From the IMG/VR virus record IMGVR_UViG_3300030339_000027: a stretch of 64,000 bases of DNA. One strand, 5' to 3'. Made by a program: the position numbers and the translations under genes. The stretch is from an uncultured virus (IMG/VR IMGVR_UViG_3300030339_000027) (taxonomy: Duplodnaviria; Heunggongvirae; Uroviricota; Caudoviricetes). The notes beneath the pieces are model-generated. The model was given only the letters and a program-made list of their open reading frames with translations, was not told where the DNA came from and did no database searches. Of the stretch, positions 1-8,230 are shown piece after piece (position 1 is the first letter of the stretch; each line of letters starts with the position of its first letter).

Positions 1-1
1 T

Positions 2-3000
2 ACTGCTGGAGAAGAAATTAGAGTTCCTGTATACAGAGGAGTGTGGGACTATACTAAAATTTATTGGATAAATGACCAAGTTACTTTTAATGAAGTTATT
101 TATACTTGTATAGGAGATATTTTAACAGGTGTACCACAAACACAGAATCCAGAAGTAGATAGTAGATGGGAATCATCTGTATCTTCTTTAATGGTCACTC
201 TGTCTAATCCCTCAGTTGTAATAGGACTTGATAAAGATGGAGTATTAAAATCTGGAGAGATTGGAATCAATGGTAAGTCTACTTTATTCACTGTTTATAA
301 AGGAACTTTAGATGTCACTTCTCAATATAGTTTACGCTTAGGAAGTTATAGTGGAGTAACTTTAGATATCTTATCTAATAAATTATATATTAGTGCTCTT
401 TCTGATTTTACTCCAAAATCTTTATTAGTTACTTTAACAAAAAGTGGAGTAGATGTTAGAAGTTTGTTTTGGAGTCTTAGTTATTCAAAAGATGGACAAG
501 CTGGTGCTCCTGGAAATGATGGTGCACCTGGTAAAGATGGAACAAATGGTTCTCCTGGTGCAAAAGGAGATGTAGGGCCTTCTTTAACTTATGAGGGAGA
601 ATGGAGTTCTACAACACATTATTACAATAGAGTTACTGTACGCACTGTAGTTAAAAGAACTATTGCCTCAGTTATTACTTATTATATTACTAAGTTATCT
701 ACTACAGGAAATGATATAGATTTTGGCACTGCTCAGAATCCAGAAACACATCCAGCTTTATGGGAAACTTTTGCTGGACAATTTACTAGTGTAGCCACTG
801 GTTTATTATTAGCTGAGAATGCTGTAGTTAATATAGCTGCTAATAATACTTTGTACATAGGTGCAAGCGGTGCTGCAGGAATTTCAGCATTAGGATGGAA
901 AGGAGATAGTAATGGATTTCAATCTATGAGGACTGATAGTGGAGGAATAACTCCTTTAACTATTCTTAATGTAGATGGAAGTTTCATTACACAAAAAGGA
1001 ACTATTGGAGGATGGACTATTGATGCTACTAGTATTTCTAGTCCTGGTAATTTAATTAAGTTAAATTCTGCGGGACATATTGATATTCAAAGTACTGGTT
1101 ATTTAAACATTGGGAGTAATATCTCTTTAAAAGGAAATAGTGTCTCAAATTTTGGAGGGTTAAATATTGGAACTGATGGTACTTTATATGCTGATAAAGC
1201 TGGTACTCGCACATTTCAAATTAGTCCTAATGGGGATTTTCTATTCAATGGTAATTTTTATTTATCTAATCAGGCCGGTGGTAATGTTACTGCTGCATTC
1301 TCAGATTTATTTGATGTTATTTTAAACCCAGATGGTGTTACCATTAAAGCTTTAGTAAGTAAAGTAAATTTTGCTTCTAAAGGAGATATTACAGCATACC
1401 AAGTAGGTGCATTAGATTCTACTACAAATGGTGTCTTAGCTTTATTAACAGGGACAGGTCCTATTTATAAACCATCTGATACAGAAGTGGGTTTAAGATA
1501 TGATACAGGACAATTTCAATTATCAGGAGGAAATACTTTACAAATAATTCCTTCAGTTCTAATACCACAAAGTGCTTTAGATTTAAAATTAAACGTATCA
1601 CTAAAAGGTTCTGCAAATGGTTTAGCAGAATTAGATGCGAGTGGATTTGTAAAGAACACACAGTTACCTAGTTATGTAGATGACGTTTTAGAGTTCTCAA
1701 CAAAACCTTCTTTTCCTACAATAGGAGAGACTGGTAAAATTTATGTTGCATTAGATACAAATGTTACTTATAGATGGAGTGGTTCAGTATATGTTGTCAT
1801 TGGTTCTGACTTAGCTCTTGGAGAAACTTCTGCTTCAGCTTATCGTGGAGATAGAGGAAAGATTGCTTATGACCATACATTCTTAACAACAAATCCTCAT
1901 GGTGTTACTAAAGCACAAGTGGGTTTATCTTTAGTTGACAATACAGCCGATTCAACTAAATCAGTTAGTTATGCTTCAGCAGCAGGTACTGCAACAAATT
2001 GGAGTGGTTCGGGTGCATTAGGTTCAGCAGCATACGTTAACACTTCAAGTTTTGCACCTTCAGGTTATGGTGTTGGCGGTTCGCCTGTGGTTACAACTGA
2101 TGCAGACAATTATAAATTAACTGGAGATTATTATTTTGTAACACCTATAGCACATTCACCACAAGCATATTTTCAAGCTCATGTTATGGGTTCAAGCAAT
2201 GGCGACTTTGCTCAAATAGGAGTAGCTTCGACTAATGAATTTCATTTTAGATGGGGCACAGGTACATGGCACAAAGTATGGAATGATGGAAATTTAAACC
2301 GTTCAGACGTTGCTTTTGCTGCAAGTACAGGGTCATTTTATAGCAATGTGATAGTAAATAGCAATGCTGCTGATATTGTAGCATTAACACTAAACGCAAA
2401 TACAAATCACGGAGTCAGACAAAATTTTTATAATCAAAATGCTTCTGGTTTATATAATTTTCAGATTGGAAGTAATATAACTGCGAATAATGCTTTTGAA
2501 ATTTTAGCATCTACAGCATTGGACGGAAGCGGTTTTAGTAATGTTTTTAAAATTACAAATACAGGTGTAGCAACTTTTGCAAGTAGTATTAATCTTGGAG
2601 CATTACAACAAATAATTTGGGGTGGTGGTTACGGTTCAGGCAAACCATTGATTGAAGGTTCAGCCGCTGGAATGAATGTTTATCCCAAAGGAAATTTAAA
2701 TGATGGTATATTTAACGTAATTGGTACAATTAGGGCAACTGTAGCGGCATCTGTTGGGGGGTTCAGGGTTGATGGGGGTAATCCGCCAGATGGTTATGGA
2801 TTAGAAATATATTATGATGCCGCATCAAAGGAAACGAGATTTAATGCTCTTGATAGAGGTATAACCTATACTTGGCATCCAATGGTTTTTAATGCTTCAA
2901 ATTATGCATTTGGAGGTGTTGCAGTTTTTAATAATAGTGTTACTGTGCCTGTTTTACAAATTAATACAGCAGCTGGTGCAAATTCTCAAGATGCAATACT

Positions 3001-3901
3001 ATTAACAAAAGCAAATGGATATGGAACGGCAGCAATCCAACAGTATTATAGTACATATTTAGATTATGGTCTTGGATTATCAATACAAGGTGAAAATAAA
3101 TTTACACTTAATCAATTAGGTAATGCAGTTTTTAATGGTTCAGTTGCAGCAAAAAATTTAGCATCAGTTGGTGATTCAGGTGTTGCAGCAGGTGTTGCAA
3201 GTAGCTCAATAAGATTACTAGGTAATGGTTTAGCACATTCAAATATTGCTTGGCAACCAAATGAAAGAACAATATCTTTTCATACATCAATAGCAGGATT
3301 GGGATTAGATGATTATTGGGGTGCTGTTAGTCTTTATGCAGGTGGCGTTATTACAACTAATTCATCTTTTAAAACGACTTCACCTGTTTCATTAGTCGGT
3401 AATTATGATACAAATACAACAGAAGATAAATGTATTTGGACAATTGGAACAGGATGGAATACAGTTGCAACAATGTACGGTATTGGCTACGATTACGAAG
3501 TTCAATCAGGTTTTGGACATTCAATCTTTTTTAAAGCTGCTGGTAATAAGCATACTTGGATTAGTTTATCAACTGGTAATATCTATACAACTGGCTCATT
3601 TGTTGCAGGCGGTGAAATCACAGCCTATAGCGACAGACGTTTAAAATCAAACATTCAACCATTAACTTTAAGAGGTGATTTAAAACCAATGACATATGAA
3701 AAAGATGGTAAACAGTCAATTGGTTTTATTGCTCAGGACGTACAAGAACTTTATCCTGAGTTGGTGAAAGGTGAGGGTGAAGAAATGTTGAGTTTGAATT
3801 ATGGGCAATTAACAGCAGTTTTATATGCTGAGATATTAGAGTTAAAAAATAAGATTAAGAAACAAAATAAAAAACTTAAAAAATTAAAAAATGGAAAATG
3901 A
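2..3901 (+). CDS. Long tail fibre protein with collagen-like segment and C-terminal peptidase S74-type intramolecular chaperone domain (5'-truncated by window)
   Basis: Frame is open from base 2 (TAGEEIRVPVYRGVWDY...), so the track start at 41 is not the real start. G-X-Y run GQAGAPGNDGAPGKDGTNGSPGAKGDVGP (~494-580); Gly/Ser/Thr-rich beta segments; C-terminal YSDRRLKSNI...IGFIAQDVQELYPELV...LNYGQL + coiled coil, typical of the S74 chaperone. Confidence 0.85.
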   Translation, partial: TAGEEIRVPVYRGVWDYTKIYWINDQVTFNEVIYTCIGDILTGVPQTQNPEVDSRWESSVSSLMVTLSNPSVVIGLDKDGVLKSGEIGINGKSTLFTVYKGTLDVTSQYSLRLGSYSGVTLDILSNKLYISALSDFTPKSLLVTLTKSGVDVRSLFWSLSYSKDGQAGAPGNDGAPGKDGTNGSPGAKGDVGPSLTYEGEWSSTTHYYNRVTVRTVVKRTIASVITYYITKLSTTGNDIDFGTAQNPETHPALWETFAGQFTSVATGLLLAENAVVNIAANNTLYIGASGAAGISALGWKGDSNGFQSMRTDSGGITPLTILNVDGSFITQKGTIGGWTIDATSISSPGNLIKLNSAGHIDIQSTGYLNIGSNISLKGNSVSNFGGLNIGTDGTLYADKAGTRTFQISPNGDFLFNGNFYLSNQAGGNVTAAFSDLFDVILNPDGVTIKALVSKVNFASKGDITAYQVGALDSTTNGVLALLTGTGPIYKPSDTEVGLRYDTGQFQLSGGNTLQIIPSVLIPQSALDLKLNVSLKGSANGLAELDASGFVKNTQLPSYVDDVLEFSTKPSFPTIGETGKIYVALDTNVTYRWSGSVYVVIGSDLALGETSASAYRGDRGKIAYDHTFLTTNPHGVTKAQVGLSLVDNTADSTKSVSYASAAGTATNWSGSGALGSAAYVNTSSFAPSGYGVGGSPVVTTDADNYKLTGDYYFVTPIAHSPQAYFQAHVMGSSNGDFAQIGVASTNEFHFRWGTGTWHKVWNDGNLNRSDVAFAASTGSFYSNVIVNSNAADIVALTLNANTNHGVRQNFYNQNASGLYNFQIGSNITANNAFEILASTALDGSGFSNVFKITNTGVATFASSINLGALQQIIWGGGYGSGKPLIEGSAAGMNVYPKGNLNDGIFNVIGTIRATVAASVGGFRVDGGNPPDGYGLEIYYDAASKETRFNALDRGITYTWHPMVFNASNYAFGGVAVFNNSVTVPVLQINTAAGANSQDAILLTKANGYGTAAIQQYYSTYLDYGLGLSIQGENKFTLNQLGNAVFNGSVAAKNLASVGDSGVAAGVASSSIRLLGNGLAHSNIAWQPNERTISFHTSIAGLGLDDYWGAVSLYAGGVITTNSSFKTTSPVSLVGNYDTNTTEDKCIWTIGTGWNTVATMYGIGYDYEVQSGFGHSIFFKAAGNKHTWISLSTGNIYTTGSFVAGGEITAYSDRRLKSNIQPLTLRGDLKPMTYEKDGKQSIGFIAQDVQELYPELVKGEGEEMLSLNYGQLTAVLYAEILELKNKIKKQNKKLKKLKNGK

Positions 3902-4193
3902 AGTAAGAACAGAAATTGTGAAAACAACATTAACAGGCACCATTGAAGGTAAGAGTGTTGTGATTAATTATGAGAATGAATTAGGAAAATTACCAACAAA
4001 TGTAGGTGCTACTTGTAATATTCCAAATACAGAGAATCCTATGGAAAATACAAACATTAATGTTAGTGTAAATATTATGGGCAATAAAAATATCATTGTT
4101 AATGGAGCTCCTGCTCTTGGAAATATTTCTATGATATTATCAGGAATAGAATCTACTATACAAGGAATTTTAACTAATCCTCCAGTAGTATAG
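3891..4193 (+). CDS. Hypothetical protein (possible fibre-associated protein)
   Basis: 100-aa ORF overlapping the fibre stop codon and followed by a hairpin. Confidence 0.65.
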   Translation: MENEVRTEIVKTTLTGTIEGKSVVINYENELGKLPTNVGATCNIPNTENPMENTNINVSVNIMGNKNIIVNGAPALGNISMILSGIESTIQGILTNPPVV

Positions 4194-4200
4194 ATAAATT

Positions 4201-4233
4201 AAAATAAAGGGCACTTATGCGCTCTTTATTTTT
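4201..4233 (+). terminator. Probable intrinsic terminator
   Basis: AAAATAAAGGGCAC-TTAT-GCGCTCTTTATTTT imperfect stem-loop just after the stop at 4193. Confidence 0.55.
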
Positions 4234-4243
4234 AAAATATTTG

Positions 4244-4251
4244 TATCTTTG
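4244..4251 (+). promoter_or_regulatory. Bacteroidota-type -7 promoter element (TAnnTTTG)
   Basis: TATCTTTG(C) in intergenic space 27 nt before the ATG at 4278, directly after a terminator. Confidence 0.65.
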
Positions 4252-4277
4252 CACATTAATGAATTAATAATTTTAAT

Positions 4278-4718
4278 ATGACACACGCAGACATTAGATT
4301 CCTATGGGAAGCCTTGAACGTATTTATTAAATACGTCGCAGATAATGATATAAAAAATCACTATCTAAATTATGGATTAAAAAAGAATGGTATAATTCTT
4401 GAAAAAGAATTTAAGTTAATACAAGAAAGTACATCTCAGAGACTTATTGAATTAGAAAGAAAAGCTATTGAATTAGGTAATGCTAAACTATCTGATTCCA
4501 CAGAAAGAACTGATAGTACTCCATACCTTTTAGGATATGTAGAATTAACAGAAGAAGAAAAAGTAGAACATACTGTATTAGCACAGGAATTCAACACATT
4601 TTTACAGACTAAAAATGACACAAAATTATATATGTTGAAGTTTAGTGTAGAAGAAATGAAGAAATTACCTTTAACTTGGCAAATGAGTAATATTTTAGCC
4701 AATTTTGTAGAAGAATAA
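4278..4718 (+). CDS. Hypothetical protein
   Basis: 146-aa helical ORF with AT-rich leader, downstream of a promoter motif. Confidence 0.7.
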   Translation: MTHADIRFLWEALNVFIKYVADNDIKNHYLNYGLKKNGIILEKEFKLIQESTSQRLIELERKAIELGNAKLSDSTERTDSTPYLLGYVELTEEEKVEHTVLAQEFNTFLQTKNDTKLYMLKFSVEEMKKLPLTWQMSNILANFVEE

Positions 4719-4745
4719 AATTAAACCCCTTAATACCAATTGATT

Positions 4746-5276
4746 ATGAAAGAATTTAATGATTATTTTACAGTAATATTAGGTCATGAAGGGGGATTAG
4801 TGAATAACCCAAATGATCCAGGAGGTCAAACTAAATATGGAATCTCTTTATTATTTATAAAGGGACTTACTTTAGCTGATGGAGATATAGATCATGATGG
4901 AGATATAGATAGTAATGATATTAAAGCACTTACTATAGAAGATTCCAAGGAACTTTATAAAAAGTTCTTTTGGAATCCTTTGCATTTAGAGAAACTTGTA
5001 AATGAGGAACTAAAACTAAATTTATTTGATCACGGAGTAAATGCAGGGACTAAAACAGCAGTTAAATTACTACAAAGGATCCTATCATTAGATGATGATG
5101 GATCTATTGGTAACATGACTATTACTGCTGCCAATAATTACACAGGAAATATTATTGAGGAGTATAAGAAAGCACGAGAAAATTATTATTTAGCCATTAT
5201 AGCTAAAAATCCTAAACTTAGTGTATTCAAAAATGGCTGGTTCAATAGAATAAAAACAACAAAATTTAACTCATGA
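4746..5276 (+). CDS. Glycoside hydrolase family 108-type lysozyme (endolysin) with C-terminal peptidoglycan-binding region
   Basis: HEGGLVNNPNDPGGQTKYGIS, FDHGVNAG, AVKLLQRIL, DGSIGNMT and FKNGWFNRI motifs. ATG at 4746 preferred over TTG at 4740. Confidence 0.88.
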   Translation: MKEFNDYFTVILGHEGGLVNNPNDPGGQTKYGISLLFIKGLTLADGDIDHDGDIDSNDIKALTIEDSKELYKKFFWNPLHLEKLVNEELKLNLFDHGVNAGTKTAVKLLQRILSLDDDGSIGNMTITAANNYTGNIIEEYKKARENYYLAIIAKNPKLSVFKNGWFNRIKTTKFNS

Positions 5277-7504
5277 ACATTTTCAACTACGATAGTTCCG
5301 CTACTTATACTGAAAAAGAAAAACAATCTGAAGATTATCTAAAAGGATGTATTGATAAAGCTATTACAGAGTTAGTCTATGATAAAGACTATTTGCGTAA
5401 AGCATATAATTATTACAACTGTACTAGAGATAAAGATCAGTTCCGACATCTAGAAGAAAACTTTGGAATTGGAAGTTCTACAGCAGTAGAATTCATTCCT
5501 TTAGTACGTAGACATATTGATGCCCTAATTGGAGAATTACTTCAATCAAAACTTAGACCAAAAATTACATGTAAGGATTCAGAGACACTTTCTAAAATAG
5601 AAAGAGAGGCTCAAAAAGCTATTTACTCAGCAGAACTTAATAGAATTAAAATTCAACTCTCTGATAATATACAAGCTATATTTGGAGAAGGAAAAGAAGC
5701 AGTAGATAAAGCAAATGAAGAGGAACTTTCTAAACTAAAAGAAATTACTAAAAGGGATTTTATCTCAGAGTATGAAATAGCTGCTCAGAATATGATAGAA
5801 TTTTTTTTACAATCAAGAGAAGTAAATCTTTCTTTAAAAAGAGAAAATCTTTTTAAGGATATTCTTATTGGAGGACAGTGTTATTATAAATCTAAAACTA
5901 AAAAAGGATCTCCTGTACCAACAGTAGAAGTATTAAATCCTTTTGATGTGTTTCCAGAGTTAAATGTAAACTCCACTTATATTAACAAAAGTAGAAGAAT
6001 TGTATATGTGAAATACATGTGCAAGGAAGAAATTATAAACGAGTTTGGAGATGATATGTCTAAAGATGATTTAGATCTTTTACAAGATGTAAATCTAGAT
6101 AGTTTCTCACATAATGTTTATTATATACGGGCTGAATCTGGCGGTATTGTTTCTAATGTAGAGGCTACTATTCCAGGAACTTATCCGTACTACAATGATA
6201 GTTATGCTGGAAATAATAGATATCCAGTTTACTACGTAGAATGGTTAGAAAATAATAAAGTAAAAGTGGGAGAAAAAACTTTCTTTAGAATGGACCGTTA
6301 TAAAGGTGCTAGAATTGGAAGTGAAATTTATCTTAATATGGGAAAAGATGATACTGTATGTAGATCTATAGAAGATCCATATAATTGTACTCTCTCTATT
6401 AATGGTGTACAATTAACTACACGTTCTGGTAAACCATTTTCCATGGTATTGTCCACTGCTAATCTACAGGATAAATATGATATACTTCATTGGTATCGTG
6501 ACACTTTAATTGCAAATTCTGGAGTAAAAGGTGACTGGATTGATGTGGCTTTAGTTCCTACATTCTTAGGAAATACTCCTGAGGAAAGACTTCTAAAACA
6601 TGCTGCTTATAAAAAAGCTGGAAAAGCTTTATTTAATTCTGCCCAAGAAGGTAGAGGTGTTCCTATGAATACTACATTTGCAGGATTTGATGATACTGTT
6701 TCAGGACAATCAATCCAGGCAATACAACTTGCTATTACACAAACAGAAGATATATGTAGTGCTATTACTGGAGTATTTAGAGAAAAACTAGGAGATATAG
6801 AACAACATGATGCTGTAACGAATGTTGCGGTAGGAATGAGAAATTCTGCAGTAATTACAAAACAATATTTCAACACATTAAATGGAGTAGTAAAAGAGCT
6901 TCTCACAGATATGCTAAATCTATCAAAAGCTTCTTTAAAAAAAGAATTTAAAGGATCACTTATTTTAGGTAATAGATTAACTAGAATCTTTACAGTACTC
7001 CCAGAAAACATTTCTTTTACAGATCATGATATACATATTGGAGATTCTGAAGAAATTACTAGAGATATTGAGTTGATTAAAAATATGACTATGGAATTAA
7101 TGAAAGCAGGTCTTGTGGAACCAGAACTTATGTTCGAGACAATCACAACAGAGAGCTTGACTGAGTTTAAAGAAACCGGCTTAAATTCACTACATAGACA
7201 GAAAGAGGCACAAGGAGTTATGGCAAATCTACAACAACAAGTTGCTCAATATGAACAACAAATGAAAGAAGCCCAAACTCAAATCCAACAACTTTCCTCT
7301 AAAGTACAAGAAAAGGAACAAGCTGAAATTCAATTAAAACAAGCAGAACTTAAGATGAAAACTGAACAAGGTGCTGCTAAAATAAAGAATGATAAAGACT
7401 TTAATGATCAGACTGTAGGATTAAAAGAAAAACAAATACAAGCTGAAGTTCTACAACTTGCAGATAGTAACAAGAAAAATGACGAAATTAAAAATATAGG
7501 ATGA
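5273..7504 (+). CDS. Portal protein (crAss-like)
   Basis: 743 aa; AYNYYN, FIPLVRRHIDALIGE, EVLNPFD, AITGVFREKLG segments and a C-terminal Gln-rich coiled coil typical of P22-like/crAss portals; located upstream of the scaffold and capsid genes. Confidence 0.8.
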   Translation: MNIFNYDSSATYTEKEKQSEDYLKGCIDKAITELVYDKDYLRKAYNYYNCTRDKDQFRHLEENFGIGSSTAVEFIPLVRRHIDALIGELLQSKLRPKITCKDSETLSKIEREAQKAIYSAELNRIKIQLSDNIQAIFGEGKEAVDKANEEELSKLKEITKRDFISEYEIAAQNMIEFFLQSREVNLSLKRENLFKDILIGGQCYYKSKTKKGSPVPTVEVLNPFDVFPELNVNSTYINKSRRIVYVKYMCKEEIINEFGDDMSKDDLDLLQDVNLDSFSHNVYYIRAESGGIVSNVEATIPGTYPYYNDSYAGNNRYPVYYVEWLENNKVKVGEKTFFRMDRYKGARIGSEIYLNMGKDDTVCRSIEDPYNCTLSINGVQLTTRSGKPFSMVLSTANLQDKYDILHWYRDTLIANSGVKGDWIDVALVPTFLGNTPEERLLKHAAYKKAGKALFNSAQEGRGVPMNTTFAGFDDTVSGQSIQAIQLAITQTEDICSAITGVFREKLGDIEQHDAVTNVAVGMRNSAVITKQYFNTLNGVVKELLTDMLNLSKASLKKEFKGSLILGNRLTRIFTVLPENISFTDHDIHIGDSEEITRDIELIKNMTMELMKAGLVEPELMFETITTESLTEFKETGLNSLHRQKEAQGVMANLQQQVAQYEQQMKEAQTQIQQLSSKVQEKEQAEIQLKQAELKMKTEQGAAKIKNDKDFNDQTVGLKEKQIQAEVLQLADSNKKNDEIKNIG

Positions 7505-8070
7505 ACATAACAAATTATAAAACAGGCTTTACTATTGCTCCGTCAATACTAACAAATCAAATGGCAGTTACTATTGTAACCTATTTGTCAACAACAAGTA
7601 GTACTATATTAGCATCATTTGTTACTAATGATGAGATCAATTACGATTTTTTAAAAGACGGACTCTATGAGTTCTCCCAAATAATATTTTCTACTATAGT
7701 TACTCCTACTGGATATTATATTGCTAATAACAAAGTGTATTTAAACACAGTACTTGTACCAGATATGGTTACCTTATTAGATAATACAGCTATCACTAAA
7801 GACTCTGTAAAAATTGTAGTTATTAATGATATAGAAACTTGTTATTCTAATTTAATAAAAAAAGTCTTATCTAATAAATTATCTAAGATTTGTGATATTA
7901 CACATCATGAAGAAGAGATAAAAGATATTCTTCAAATGGCAATAACAGCCATCAAATATGCCTCAGAATTAGGTCTGATTTATCAAGCACAACGTATCGT
8001 TGAATCTATAATAAGTTCATGTGATATATGTGGTACTACTAATATTGAAAATTGCGGATGTAATGCGTGA
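7501..8070 (+). CDS. Hypothetical virion protein with Cys-rich C-terminus
   Basis: ATGA overlap with the portal stop; ends SCDICGTTNIENCGCNA. Confidence 0.65.
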   Translation: MNITNYKTGFTIAPSILTNQMAVTIVTYLSTTSSTILASFVTNDEINYDFLKDGLYEFSQIIFSTIVTPTGYYIANNKVYLNTVLVPDMVTLLDNTAITKDSVKIVVINDIETCYSNLIKKVLSNKLSKICDITHHEEEIKDILQMAITAIKYASELGLIYQAQRIVESIISSCDICGTTNIENCGCNA

Positions 8071-8230
8071 ATTAGAACTTAAATTACTAAATAGTTTTAT
8101 AAAAATTTTAGAATCTTATGAGGGAGGGAATCCCCTTCCTTATAAAAATTTAAAACTTTATATGGAATCTTATGAGATGAATATATTAACAGACCAAAAA
8201 TACTATGAATTCGTATGGGACAATTTATAA
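8063..8230 (+). CDS. Small hypothetical protein (~55 aa)
   Basis: In-frame ATG at 8063 overlaps the end of the previous gene, and the ORF bridges exactly to the next gene. Confidence 0.5.
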   Translation: MRELELKLLNSFIKILESYEGGNPLPYKNLKLYMESYEMNILTDQKYYEFVWDNL

